DNA from: Tubiluchus corallicola | Lineage: Eukaryota > Animalia > Priapulida | DNA length: 64,000 nt | Reading direction: 5' to 3' | Assembly (NCBI GenBank): GCA_030141605.1 | Contig: JAQGDQ010000214.1 | Span: 1-64,000 of the forward strand | In this document: piece by piece, positions 15,551 to 29,525 of the stretch | Layout of the letters: every line of letters begins with the position of its first letter | Numbering within the stretch: the first letter of the stretch is position 1 | Notes under the pieces: generated by a model | What the model saw: the letters and a program-made list of their open reading frames with translations, nothing else | The model's database searches: none | What the model was told of the DNA's origin: nothing | Position numbers and translations under genes: made by a program

Positions 15551-16584
15551 AGCATGTGTTGAACATCAACAAGCATCCCTGTATTGAACTTTCCAGAAAT
15601 ATGTTTTATACAAAGTCTAAATTTTATATCTTGTCTGTAACATGTACACTGTTTTCAGATTTTGTAACATTAAAATTAATTTAATTTTCGCAATGCAAAT
15701 TAGGCCTTTAATTACGAGATTACAAATAGAGTTGGACCCTCAACTGCTACTTGGCTTCATAGCTGCAAATAAAGATGCTAGGCTACTGAATCTAAGCAAC
15801 TTAGCACATATTTGTTTGCATTTCAATGGTTTTACATAGTTGTCCTTCTATCAATTTTCTTTTCATTTTGAATTAAAAAATTAACAAACCAAAACATATA
15901 CTTTTGAAATCTGCTTTAATGGGTAACCTTGACGAAGTTACAGACAGAAAGGACGTTATATAATCAACGTTAATTCTAATGATCAGAGGACGTGTTTTTA
16001 AACTAAACAAAACATTACAAGAGACCACCGACTTGCAGCCAGCTTTAAACCCTTGACACAGCATGAAATCACGAACGGAGCGCAATCTGAATTCAAATGA
16101 GTGTTTTAACATACGTTTTAAATGAATTGACCTTTACATGAATTTGAATTCCAGATGTTGTTAAGAGCCCGAACGAGATCATTTACAACAGCTGATCCTC
16201 AATTCAAATGCTCATTCAGGTTTTATTTGCTTAATCTCGTTAGGCTGAAGACAATTTGCACATGTTTGACTAGGTGACCTGCAAAAGTCTTATATATAAC
16301 AGTAAACAAATTTAAAAAAAACGACAATTTTTGTTTTACAACTACAATAACTTCCTTCTATTTGTTGGTAAGTGTTTAGGAATAATAATTACGATATTTC
16401 TCCTATCTATTTTAAGCCTTCTTTGAGAAAAATATGAAATCTGAGCAATGTTACAGAATAACGAAAGTTGAAAATAGTACATTTTGCAACCCACACTAGA
16501 AGTTAAGTTAGTTTGCAAGTGTTTTTTGGAAATACGCAACGGCAGGAATTACCTACATACTATTACAGTGCAAGTAACAGCAGT

Positions 16585-16870
<286 letters not shown>

Positions 16871-18956
16871 CGGTAGGTTCGCATAAAGCAAAAAAAATGT
16901 TACCTTGGCGTGAGGCCCCCCTAGAGGGTGAGGCCCCGGGGAAGTATCCCCACTCCCCCCCCTTGAAATAGGCCTTGAGTGCAACCATACGTTTAACAAA
17001 AGATTAACAACACATAATAAAATTAAATGAGCGCAAAAATGCAAAAACAAATTTTTTTTATTTTTTACTAAATTTTGCAAAGATCAGTCAGATTATATAA
17101 GCTGCTGTCCTCAATATACATTGAAATTTATTCAAGTTTCATTCAATTGCATGATTTGAAACAAAACTGCTTTCTCTAAAACAGCTGTCCAATCTGTTTC
17201 TGAACATCAGGACAACATAAAGTGACACAAAAGTATATTAGTAAACTGTTTGTATTCTATACTTTTCTTAGTATCGTATGTAATGTCTTATACTGTTACT
17301 CGATATTTTTTGTACAACTTTTCAAAAGTTTGTTTTACACCGATTCTGGGTAGCCAATATAAGGCTAGGCTTGCCAAACCAGTCTCCTAAGTAAAAAAAT
17401 TAATCCAAACTAATAGAATAATAATATTGTTATGGTAAAAGAAAGATAACGCCATAGTACTGGGAGGCTAAAAAGTCTAACCAAATTTGAACACCATTTA
17501 ACCAATTGTCCCTGAAACTTGAACACGATTTCAGAATACATCATCATCATCATACGCCTATTATAGACATTGGGCGCGGAAGTGGTGCTGACAAGCCACT
17601 GGCGTAGCAGTGTCTAGTTTCTTTTGCTGGATTACTGTTGCGTTTACCTGTCTGAAGGCAGATTTCTTTTATTTTAGAATTCTGCCTTCTACAAGTGCTG
17701 GAGCGGTGCGCCAAGCGACTCAGAAATGCATGCAAAAGTCACAAAACGTGATTAAATCAAAGTATACGAAAGCAGCAGTTCGCGCAGTTAGTGTCGCCCT
17801 AGCGGCACAGAAGTACGGACTGTTGTTGACAGGTACGCTATAGCGCAAGCTGTGTGTACTGTAGCAGATGAATTGATAAGACTACCAAAGCATGACCGCT
17901 TAATAGGCGCTCATAAATTGCTTAGCAGTGAGTTGCGAAAACACAAATAAAAATATCTTTTTAAATTTTGCAAGGATGCAGCCAGGTAATTATAATAAAA
18001 TGTTAATTACAACACAGTTTTGTAACTTTCGTCACAAGTTAAATATTTTGTAGTCGTACACTAAGCAAAGACTGCAAGGCCTTTATCTCTCTTTGGCGAT
18101 TTATAGCAGCTGTTATATTTTTAAATATTATTTAAAGCAAGCATAAGGTATTAAGAATAATTAGTAGCTAAAATAAAAACTATTATAATCATATCTCATG
18201 AAAATTAATAGGCTTATTTACAAAAGAAGTTAAGAAAGTTGATCATAAAGAAAGTTTGCAAATACTTGGCTCATGTAGTATTCTATTTTATTTTTTCTAA
18301 AAAACATTCCTATTTAATATGTTCTTATCAGGAAATATAACTTGAAGAAATATTAGGCCTGACTTTCATGTGTATATCGTTTTTTTAGAACAGCAATTAA
18401 TTTTTCCAGAACAAATTTTTCCAGACTCGTTAAATACAGTCTGTTCACATGCAAAAATATGCTTGTATAAGCGTACTAATAAAACACCTGTGGCTAAATC
18501 CACAGACAGGTCTTGATAAATAATTTATTTATCGATAGGCCTAAATGAATTGATTTTGTATAGGCCTTGGTGCTAAGGGCAATCAATTTATATTGTTAAA
18601 TATATAGGCTCAGCTTCATAGAATCTTTCTATGTAATAATGCATACATCATAGTCTGTGTGCATGGGTGTATCAAGACGTTACGACGCCCTAGGCTGGCA
18701 GTTCAGTCCAACTCACCTCTACTACTGTAATGATTATTTATATATGAACCACCGTATGCAATTACTTGTTGTGTGCATGCGCGTGTGCGAATTATTTATA
18801 TACAAACCAACAATATAATCTATATGTAACTATATAGATTAATTGCAGGGCACGTAAATGGGTGCAATTCTTAATGTGCCAAATTCGCTACCTCGCATTG
18901 GAGTAAAACGACCAAGAAACAAATGGCAGAATTTTCAACAAAAGGAAAAGAAGGAT

Positions 18957-18967
18957 CTCTCTGTGTG

Positions 18968-19016
<49 letters not shown>

Positions 19017-19035
19017 TTCACTGTCTCTCCTCCTC

Positions 19036-19113
<78 letters not shown>

Positions 19114-19130
19114 CTCCTCTCTTTCTCTCT
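18957..19130. repeat. (CT)n microsatellite
   Basis: Directly visible. Confidence 0.97.
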
Positions 19131-19493
19131 AAGAGAGGGAGGGAGAGAAAAATCAATAAATCAATAAAAAATGCATTACTTTTGAATAGTAGGCAGCCCA
19201 TCACTCAGTCAGCTAGCCGCTTTCCCCAGGAAGAACAATAAAATTTTACTTACAAGAAAATTGAAGAAGTATTTGCAAGTACATAATACAAACTTATTGC
19301 TACAATTTTTTCCTTTTCATTAAATGTTTTCAGTTTTTTTAAACTAATAATTGCTTTTAATTGAGATATTCTTCTTTTATTAAAAACGCAAAAGTGATTT
19401 TGGCTTATCGAAATTGCGCGTATGCCAACATTATTGGCGAACTTAAGAATATTATTATTACAGTCAGTACGCCGCTCAAAATTTTTTGATCAT

Positions 19494-19642
19494 CCGCCGT
19501 TTGATGCCGCCAGCATAGCCGCTAATCGCAAAAACGAAATACGTCGCAATAGGTTCGTCACTTCCGCCGTTTGATGCCGCCACCATAGCCGCTAATCGCA
19601 AAAACAAAATACGTCACAATAGGCTCGTTTCGTCACTTCCTG
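19494..19642 (+). promoter_or_regulatory. Probable RPP21 promoter containing a 2x about 70-bp tandem duplication
   Basis: CCGCCGTTTGATGCCGCC...CGTCACTTCC repeated twice, CpG-rich, each unit ending in an ETS-like CACTTCC motif, about 160-300 bp upstream of the ATG. Confidence 0.55.
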
Positions 19643-19798
19643 TTTTTACACTTTGTTTAAACTATGGTTACTGACGGCGGTTATTTCTGTTTCAGTTTGA
19701 AAAAATAATCAGAAATCAATTATTCATTCGCATTGCTGCAAAACCTTGAAACGTGTAAGGTTAGCTCTACTACACTTGTTAGTAATTTGTCTTTAGCC

Positions 19799-22423
19799 AT
19801 GAATGTTGATGCATCTAAGCCATCTACTACTAGTTCAAGCCGTGGTTTTGAGGCTTATCATCGTATCAATTATTTGTACCAGGTGGGTTTTACTGAAGTG
19901 GCTATTTTTGAAGTGACGTCGTAAATAATATTGAATACGTCCGTCTGTTATTTGCTCAAGAGTAGAATAATTATTAATAAACTAAAGTTTATGGCATCTA
20001 ATTAACCAGACACTAACAACTGTAACAATTACTAACATAATCGTAATAACTAATATTTAATAATATACTGCTACAAATGACATAGAGAGTAGCCCGAACG
20101 CAAAGCTACCATACAACTGTTTTGTTCCATTATTATTAAAGCTAATGGTTTGTTAAATTTATTTGTTTATCTATAGGCTGCCCATTTAATTGCTTCACAA
20201 AAACCACAAAATATTGACATGGCAAGCTCTTACATTCATGTCTTGAAGTCTGTTCGCAACAGAAGAGTACTCAAAATGTAAGTTTTATCTTTGACAGGCT
20301 TTTGAAGTGATAACTGAATTGAATATGACTATCACTTTATAAAATCTGGCAATTATTTAGCTGAAATGTAAAAATGAGTGTTTATCATAGTGTTAAAAAT
20401 AAAATAATGTAAAGATAGTCTCCATGATCTTTTGGTCCATTATCAACATGTATTGAAGTCTAGTACTACCTGAAACAGGCATCTTTCAAGACACTGTGAC
20501 ACTAAAACACTACAAAATCAGCAAAATAAATAAACAAAATTCACGGTAAGAGACAGGCAGGCATATTTTTACTTGACTCCATTAAATCTGGCACTGAAAA
20601 GAAGGTTTTTTAAGCAAGATCAGACTTCATGAACATTGCATACATATTTTGAATTTTTCAAAGACTGTCATATAATGACAAAGGTAATGTTGAAAGGCTG
20701 CAGCTGTTAGTGTGCAAGGCTTGGAAGATGGAAGAAAAGTAGGTGATATTGAAGCCAGTCTTGAACTATTACTGAAACAGATGTTGACATTCTTCTGTGG
20801 AAATGGTTTTTACTGGTCATGTTTGGAAGAAATTAAAAATCAGCAACAGTCCTACTTTTCGTGTGAGCTATTTCTTGCATAGTCCACCCCAGTATTTTAC
20901 ATGTTTTTTATTGTGATAGTGATCCTCACATAAAGCGGACAATCTGTAAGAAATGCAGTGCTCTTCTTATTCCTGGTCTAACGTCTTCAGTGAGAGTAAA
21001 ATCAAAAGGTGAGCCTTTTCTTCTGAAACTGTTATATACGTTCTTGTATTATATCTTAATTAATGTCACTTCTTGGTTGTTGCTGCATCATTATTGTTGG
21101 TGGCTTTGCTATTGGTAATGTTAGTGTTCAGAGTGTAAGTTGTGGTTAGTGTGGGCAATGTTAGAACAGTTTTAGAACTGTAAGGTCAATGTGTAGCACT
21201 CAATTTGGGATGCTGATGTATTGAAAAATTTTTGACCTTGGATTAAAATCTTTACGGTTGGTCACCTAGAAAAATGTGAATGATATCAGCCCAAGTAAAT
21301 ATTAGGTAAATTGAATGTGCGATCATATTGAGTTAAAAGATCATCAAAAGAAAGCATTGTCAGCATACCACAGGTACTAGAGTCTTTTTATGACTTCAGA
21401 AGATGTACACAAAACTTTACAGAGTGTCCAATACCAATATCCAGTACTATCAATTCAAATCTGTGTTATAGATTATTTGAGATTAGCCACTTAAATGTCT
21501 TTGTTCTTGTGTTACATACATCATTGACACATATCAGTGCCAAATAAATGCCAGTTTATTGTTGCTGTATTATCCTAAATGTTTGGAGAACCACAGAAAG
21601 GAGGGTCGCATCCATTACAGTGTACCATAAGCGGGCATTCTTATTTTGTTGACCAGGCCTATTTGTGAGAGGAAAAAAATGAAATGCACGTGGAGCATTG
21701 CATACTTACCTGAAGTTCTCTTGAAAATGTAAGCTACAGTGTGACACGTCTTTGCTCCAGTTTATGCACCAGGAGAATACAGAAGAATCCAAATTGCGAT
21801 GTTGGACCTTAAACTCTTTGAGGATACTAAAGCTTGTCTTTCAAAATATACGCAATGGGGAAAATGGTACGCTGACTGTGAAGCAATAAGCCAGCACTTG
21901 ATTACATCTAGAAGAAGATTGTCACAAAATGTCACCTTTACTTATAAATACTTATTTTGGTATCATTGGCTTTAACAAGATATTTAGTAATTTTTAATGT
22001 GCAGTAGAATTACAATGCGTAGCATAATTTATTAAATGCTGGCTCCTATCACATCAGTGAGTCAGTGACGTTCTTGATGCCAGGAATAGATCTCAGACCT
22101 TGTTGTGTAACTTTTGTGACAGAAAAGAGCTATTAAAAATTCTGATAGTGCACAGTTAATTGCTGGGTTTGTTTTGTTTGACCTTGCACAATGAGCGAAG
22201 TACGTTTATCATTCGTTACGCATATTATGTACTTTCAGGCAAGAAAAAGAAGTACACGGTCGTCAAGTGCTTGAAATGTGATACCGTTAAGCGTTATTGT
22301 CATAACCCTAATCATCAACTGTGGCAAGATAAACCGGAAGCGGATGCTGCGATGGCTTCTGTAACTGACTGTAGAGGTGAAGCATTTGACAATATACCTG
22401 CACCTGAGTCCAATGCCACCTAG
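19799..22423 (+). CDS. RPP21: Ribonuclease P protein subunit p21 (Rpr2/Rpp21 family); exons 19799-19882, 20177-20277, 20920-21008, 22239-22423; 152 aa
   Basis: GT-AG introns with consistent phases give ...EAYHRINYLYQAAHLIA...DPHIKRTICKKCSALLIPG...TVVKCLKCDTVKRY...; RINYLYQAA, KRTICKKC..LLIPG and a second CxxC are the Rpr2 zinc-ribbon signature. Confidence 0.93.
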
Positions 22424-22714
22424 TGGCATGGAAAAGTCAATATTTCATATATCATGGTAAGCATTTTAATTTGCATAAATCTTAGTAAATCAGTGTGTTA
22501 GAAGATTGTATAGCTATTGAAACATGGAAACTGTGACCATCAGTGGCAACTCAATTATCTAGAAATTTTGGATTAAAGCCTGAAATGTAGCACAAATGGC
22601 TAGCAGTGAATAGAAAACTGAAAATTTGTGTTTCTTGTTTCATATTTTTTCTGTTTGAATGGGTGCACTATGAACATCAGTACACGTAGTACTATAAAGC
22701 TGTAACTTGTTGAA

Positions 22715-22864
22715 TGTGCCCACAGCTCCTGTGCATTGCTCAAGGACTTCATCCTTTCAGGTTTGAAAAATATCTTGGCTTGTAGCAAGGTCAAAGGGAA
22801 GTTTGTTAAAGCAATAACACCTTATTGGTGTCCTAAACGTCGTTAGGAGTTGGCTTTCCTGGTC
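22715..22864 (-). mobile_element. Gypsy LTR-retrotransposon RT fragment, downstream half
   Basis: DQESQLLTTFRTPIRCYCFNKLPFDLATSQDIFQT*KDEVLEQCTGAVG; continues the RT piece at 29526-29850 across the MULE insertion. Confidence 0.8.
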
Positions 22865-24046
22865 GCGAAATTTTTTTTGCAACTGAGTTCCGGACAGATT
22901 ATTTCCCTCATTAGCATTAACCAATCAGATTCCTCAAACAGCCATGACTACACACATGTAAACAATGGCAGGCGTTCGTCAACCACGTGCACATGTTTAC
23001 ATAACATCGGGCACTCACTTCAGTGCACTGTTGCCTGTTAATTGAACAGGGTAGGCCATGCTGTCAGCCCTTGCGCTCGGTTGGAAAAGAAGGCTAGAAA
23101 ATGTAGATTTATTTGGAACTAATAGAAACTAGTCCTTGGGAAATTTGGGGTGCTCTTTTTCAGGATATACTGTACAAAACCGCAGTTCATTGCCTTTCGC
23201 AATGTTCCATGGTCCAATAAGACTAAGAGGCCACAGTATACTATTAGTGTCAGTCTGTGGGCATACATCAGGGAAATAATACGGTCAGATTCGCCTGATT
23301 AGACTATGGCATTAACCCTTAAATGCAGTACTGCTGTAAAGTCCCTCGGGAGAGATCTCGACTCTCAAGATGGCATTTGAAAAGCCACAATCTCTCCTAT
23401 GAGACTACAGTAAGTGTTCAAACGATTTTCATGAATTTTTCCGAAATCTCTCAAATTTCTCTCGACAGTGGAGGGGTGCACGAGGACCTTTTGGGGAAGG
23501 GGGTCGAGTGGACCTAAATGATGACTTTGAGCCCTTGGCATTGCCCTCATGCCAAGTTGCAAGTTCTGTCAGCCATGTTTTTTCCCTCAGTCCCACTTAG
23601 GCTAACTAATTTCAAATCCATCTTAATTTAGTCATCTTAACCCTTAGTCATAGGGTTTTGAAAAAGGGTGCTCCAAAATTGGTAGCAGGTTCAAGTTTTG
23701 GTGGGCAAAAACATATATACCAAAAGGCAATCTAAGTCTTCATTTCAGAACCTTTCGGCCCCTCTGTAGGAAAATTTCGACACCTTATATTCTTGAGGAC
23801 AGCTCATAAAAGAAAAAACATTCTTTCTTTCACCATGTTCACATTGAACTATTCTTCATTTATTTTCAACAATCTTAACTTGTAACAAGACGGAATTTTG
23901 GTCTAAGGACTTCAAACAAAATATGTAAATTGTTTGAACTCTACGGAGATCGTTACCTGATTAATTGTTAATAGGCAGTCTAGTGATTACTGGATATAAC
24001 GTCAATGTCCAATCACCAAATGTAAATTAACGCAAAACAGTAAATA

Positions 24047-24988
24047 CCGTATATACTCGCATATAAGCCTACATCGCATATAAGCCGACCCCCTAAAACT
24101 GCTTTAAAATGGCCAGTTTTTGCAAAAACCCGTATATAAGCCGACCATCAACTTGTCTAATTTTACTCCATACCCAATCAACAAAATTGATCCCTTTTTG
24201 TCACATTTTGTTAATTGGGTATTTTTGGTTCATAGAAATTTTTTACTATAAAGATGTAAAATGCTTACTTTTATGTTACATACTAGAAGAAATAGAAGAA
24301 ATTATACATTTTGATATGAATAAAGAAGAAAATATTTTGTTTTCTATTTATTCACAAAAAATTATAACATTTCTGTTTGTTCTTAAAAATAATTAGAAAC
24401 CTTCAAAATCATTGTCACTACCACTCTCATCGTCTCTGTCTCAAACTTATAGAGTGTCTGTGCAGAAAACGTGTACACCAACCTGTGGAAGCAGTGAACC
24501 CTTCATATTTATTGGCTTGTGCAATCTTGAGGGCTTGCAAACGAACACTTAGCCGAGACACTCCATATCCATTTTGTCTCTGGGCTTCAAACCACTCGAA
24601 GATCTCCTTCTCCATTTCTGGGTACTGTCCATGTTTTGATCCCCTGTTCGCACGTTTGGCCTTAGGTGCAATATCCAGTGATGTATCCTTTTTCCATCGT
24701 CTGACATTGCTTTCATCTACACCAAACTTTCTTGCTGCCTCCAGGTTGCTTGTTTCTTCAGCGGCCTTTTCTAAAAAAAAAGTGGGTGGACGGCGATCCC
24801 CCTCCAATACACCACTGGTGACACACAACCAAATAAAGAGTCAGATAGCGATGAAAATGTGTGGCTGGAAAATTGGCATTAGTGTCTGTCCTTGTGTTCA
24901 TTTTGTTTCATGCGCATATAAGCCGACCCCCTGATTTCAGTATTGTATTTTATAGTTCTAAATTCGGCTTATATGCGAGTATATACGG
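24047..24988 (-). mobile_element. Internally deleted pogo (POGK-like) element nested in the MULE
   Basis: TIR CCGTATATACTCGCATATAAGCC at both ends, TA TSDs at 24045-46 and 24989-90; ORF 24427-24828 has Brinker-type HTH (AARKFGVDESNVRRWKK) and CENP-B/Tc5 HTH (FTASTGWCTRFLHRH), no DDE domain. Confidence 0.9.
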
Positions 24989-25399
24989 TAATTACTACAG
25001 AAATCAACACTTTTGTAGGTTTATTGAAATTAAAGCTGCGTTCAAATCATGAAATCTAAAGGATGTAAATCACAGTGAAATTTGTATGATAGCAAAATAA
25101 AGCTTTAACACTGACAAAACAGTTTTCTAATCAGAATTACAATTTATAAGCAATATACAGGGTGTGCACAAAGTAAAGCCCCATTCCCAAGGTAATGAAG
25201 GGATAGTAAGAAGGCAGGTTAGTGGGAGGCGCCATAGACTGTATTTCACCAGCAGGTCTGTGTCTTTTTACTGGCAAGTCCCAAGCTTCACTTCAAGAAG
25301 TTAATGATCGACATTTGGCAAACAGTTAATGTTCCTCCAGATACCTGAAAATGTAGTAATGATACGTCTTACCGGCAACTTCGGTTCTGCACAGAATAA

Positions 25400-28300
25400 G
25401 TCTGACTCTGCATACATCAACACTATGGCAAATGACTGTCTGTCCCATATTTGCGACTCAAATAGGTGACTGGCATATCATTGCCCTCACCATCTTCTTA
25501 GGATAGGACTGCACCAAGACCGGTTATAGATGCGTCAATTATAGATGTTTGTGACATCCTTTGTGTTGTACTACGTAAACATAATCGGATCTCTTCTCCA
25601 AGATTCGAAACGAAACGAAACTGTAACGAAAAGAGTAATGTGAATATCATTAATGTGAATCATCACAAAATTGCACTTGCACATAAAACTTTAAGTTGAC
25701 AAGAAAAGAATTTCCATATCTGTTATTTTCTTCAATTGCTAGCAAGATAAAAGTGTTAACATCTTTTTGGACCACCCTGTATTTACAAAAAGTATTTACC
25801 TGTATTTCCCATCTTGCAAGAGCACATTCCAACATCCATATCGACTGAGTACATCACACTTGTGTCCTTCTCACTGGGCACTTCATAGACACTAACAGCA
25901 ACATTTCTGATGAGACTGTGGTCAATTTTTGAGCAAGAGTTCACATTCACCAGGAAGCGAGAACGAAGATCACGGTCCAACCGGTTGTTGGCAATGTCAA
26001 GCAATCGTCGTTCGTAGTATGCCTCAAGCCGTGAGATGACAAAATCAACCAACTGAACAACATTGTAGGCCTTTGTACGCTGTAGGATCTGATCTTTCAA
26101 AATTCTCATTCCCGCTTCAGCATAATTATTCGTGTTGTTCCTACGGATAGGAAGGTTTGAGCGATAGCACAGAGCCCATGATTTTATCCGGCCCATAATA
26201 CTATCCAAGTGCTTTTGAACCTTTTCATATCGCTGAAGTGTCTATTCTCCCTGAGCTTCCTTATAAGCCACATCCAGTTGCTCAACTGTGTCACAATAGA
26301 CCAGTTTCTTAAGGATCCAAAGAAGTTTAGGATCCTCTTTTTTACACCGTTCTTGGACTCCCATAAGAAGCGCCAGAATGCTTGTAAAATGTGAAAAACA
26401 CATAGCAGGAGTGTTGAACCAGGATAAACCTCCTGCAGTGCCTGCTGTTCCGCTTGACTGTCATCAGTCATTATCACTTCTGCGCCCTGGCACCCTCGAC
26501 CAAAGTGTGATGCCTGACTGAGTAGGGCATTGTAACAGCGAAGGCTCGCTGTGATTGTTGCCTTACTTTCAGAGGTTGTAATCAGTACTCCTAGTGGTAC
26601 TCCCCCTGCTACGCTATGTGTAAGTATTAGGAACACACGGCATCCTTGCCTGTCCATATTTCCGGATGAATCTATGAACATAATTTCAGCGGCGGATTTG
26701 ATGGAGTCATGTACACGCTTCATAAGCGGTGTAACAATGGCAATGGCAGCTTGGTTTTCTTGTGTAGTAGTCATGTCCAAACATCTTTCGCTAAATCTTC
26801 CTTTTAATTTAGCGAGTTTGTTTTCAAGCTGCGAGAAAACCATTCCCCCACTTGGTTCACCATATTCCTTCTTGAAAGTAGCATAGTACAACCTAAAAAA
26901 GCAGAAAACACAAAAGGTCAGAGCCTGAAGAAGTGTCAGAAACATGACAAAAGAACTTTGAAAACATGAGTGCCTAAGGCGACATTTTTTTGATACATTC
27001 ATTACTGAGCAAGCTGCAATCGTGTCCAATTCCTACTTTCAGTTGAAAAATGTCTGTTGTCAAAATAAGAACTGGTAGCGGAGTGAAGTCACATGAGGTA
27101 CACCACATTTCTTGATTAAGCTCTAGGACCTCCAGAGGAGTCTTTTGACCACGTACCAAATATTCATTATAATCAGTTCAGCTTTAATGAGGTTTTTACG
27201 TATTACTTTCAGCAGGGTATTTATCAATAGGATACTTTAAGAGTCTTATCTCAGGAATCCTGAGATGAGGTAATCCTGTTTCCAGGGTCTGACGAGTGAG
27301 TCCCGTCAATATATCTTGCCCACTCGGCGACTCTGGGGACGAGGTTGTGGCATACCAGTGGAGAGTAGTGTTCCCAGTGTAAAACATTACTTACCTATAG
27401 CGATACTGTACATCAGGACATATGGCTCAGTCTCCACTTTTGACCACATACTCTTCTGGATCCTCCATTTGAAGGTCAAACCTGTGCAACTCAAGTGCCT
27501 TCGATGGGGTGTAGCCATTCTCAAACAATTGCAAGATATTTTGTTTGGTTGGTTCTGCAACATCTCGGTGTTTGAGTACAGCAGATGCCATGATAGGATG
27601 GTTATGCCGGAACTTGATCTTGACTGTCATTGGATAATTGGGCAGATGTGGGTCTTCGGAACTGAAATTCATAAAGAACATAATACAATGTAATTCCGAA
27701 TACCATCTGTGCTAAACCTGTTGAACTACAAAAAGAGGAGTAAAATATTCTTTCTATGCATACAACATCATTCCTTAAAAGTTGTTGGGAAAATTAGAAT
27801 GGCACATTCACTTCAACAAACATTTCAAAATAGGCAAACATGAAGAAAAGATGAGCATGCCATTTTAAAGGACACACCTCGATTTATTTTCTTCAGTAAA
27901 TACATATACTTTGCCTAGCTGTAGAGGAAACCTGAATTACTTACCGGTATTTCCTTTTATGCCCATCGATGTTAAAGAAACTTGTATTCTTGACTTTAAT
28001 CTGCAACCCAGCTGGGCAATTAGTATTCTTTCCAGCATGTGGCCCTTGCCCTTTGGTCTTTCTGGTCCTGTGATGGCAGAAGTAATCAACCTGTCAAATG
28101 TATGTTTAAGACACATGTAAACGATGCATCCCTTTAACCCTTCAACAACACTTGCTGCCTATTCTTCAGAAAAGGTACATCTTGACAATGGTTAAGGCTA
28201 GACAAAGAAAATACAAGTTTAGCATCAGTGCCTGCATCAGATTTAGTCTGCAGAAGTTGTAGACTGGAAAATGCAGGACAAGCAGTATGGTGTGGGTATA

Positions 28301-29428
28301 TGGGGGCACATGACATTACACTACAGGGTTGGGGCCACTTTTTTCATGCAGTCCACTAAATTCAAGTAAAGTCACAGGTGGGCGAGTGGCAACTTTTACT
28401 TACACGTATTTGCACAGATACAAACTATGATTTTGACCGTGACCATATAAAAACTTACTTTGAACTTGACTTTCTCTCCTGAACACTTTTCTGTCTTCAG
28501 AACTCGATATGTAGTACAGCTTTTCTCTTGGAATGACTTTAACCATAATTTTGCCTCTTCTGCTGCTGATATGGGAAGGTGAAGTATGATATCAAACCCA
28601 TGCCCCGAGTCAGGATTATGCACTAACTCACACAAACAATGGCTGAAGTCATCAGGTAGAATTTCCTGAAAGTGATAGGAAAAATCTTAAAAGATCTGAA
28701 GAAAGAGCTTTAAATTCCATAACTAGCATCTCACACAGGCCGAACCTGACTATAATCACAATTTATATATCCTCTCGAGTTACAATACATCCAGAATCTC
28801 TCACAGGTACACACGTGTGCATCTCTACTGAGCAAGCTATACAAAGTCTCACAAGGCTACAAAGGCAGAGGTTGGAAAGTACTGTGTCTCATAATGCTAC
28901 TCTAAAGTCTGGTGTAAGACGACTAAGTATTCTGTTGCCACACTTGTTAACAGGCTCTTTTACATAGTTTCGTTGACTATTTACAAATTTGTCCAACTTT
29001 CTCAAAGTGGTGGACCATAGATATAAATGCTTTTTGAAGACAAATGATAACATTAAAATTACTAGGTCTATACACACTATATGGCACACCCTGTATATTT
29101 TTAAGAACACAAATGTACGTCTACGTTTCCTACATACGATAAGGTATACATGCAATTACAGGCGAAAAGAGCGCACACAGGAGAAAAGTAGTAGACACAT
29201 ATCTTTTATCGCTGTACGAAAAAAAAATCGGTTTTGAGGTGCACAAAAGTTCTTTGTAAACAAACTTTATGTATGATTTTCGAGAGACAAGGCCCAGTGA
29301 GTGATCTATAGTCTTACACCGCCACCACATTTAGCCATTAGTTAGCAATATAATCTTACCGCAAATGAAGAAATTTCAGAGTATTTGCCAGGTTCCTTCA
29401 CATAGAACTCACACACGTGGACCGCCAT
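25400..29428 (-). pseudogene. Spliced MULE transposase with SWIM finger, disrupted
   Basis: Exons approx. 29428-29360, 28665-28459, 28091-27946, 27661-27395, 26892-25800; motifs FIDSSGNMD, IMTDD..AE, LLLCVFHILQA, NNTNNYAEA, CSCKMGNTG; stop at 27427 and frameshifts near 26340 and 28035. Confidence 0.85.
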
Positions 29429-29525
29429 CTTGCTCTGAAGCGCCCCTGAACAACATAGACGCTGATTGGTTAATGCAAATGAGGAACATAATCTGTCCGG
29501 AACTCAGTTGCAAAAAAAATTTCGC

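Larger units (their letters stand above)
22865..29525 (-). mobile_element. Full-length MULE (Mutator-like) DNA transposon, about 6.66 kb
   Basis: About 65-bp TIRs starting GCGAAATTTTTTTTGCAACTGAGTTCCGGACAGATTAT at both ends; 9-bp TSD TTCCTGGTC (22856-22864) / TTCCTGGAC (29526-29534); encloses a MULE-SWIM transposase. Confidence 0.9.
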
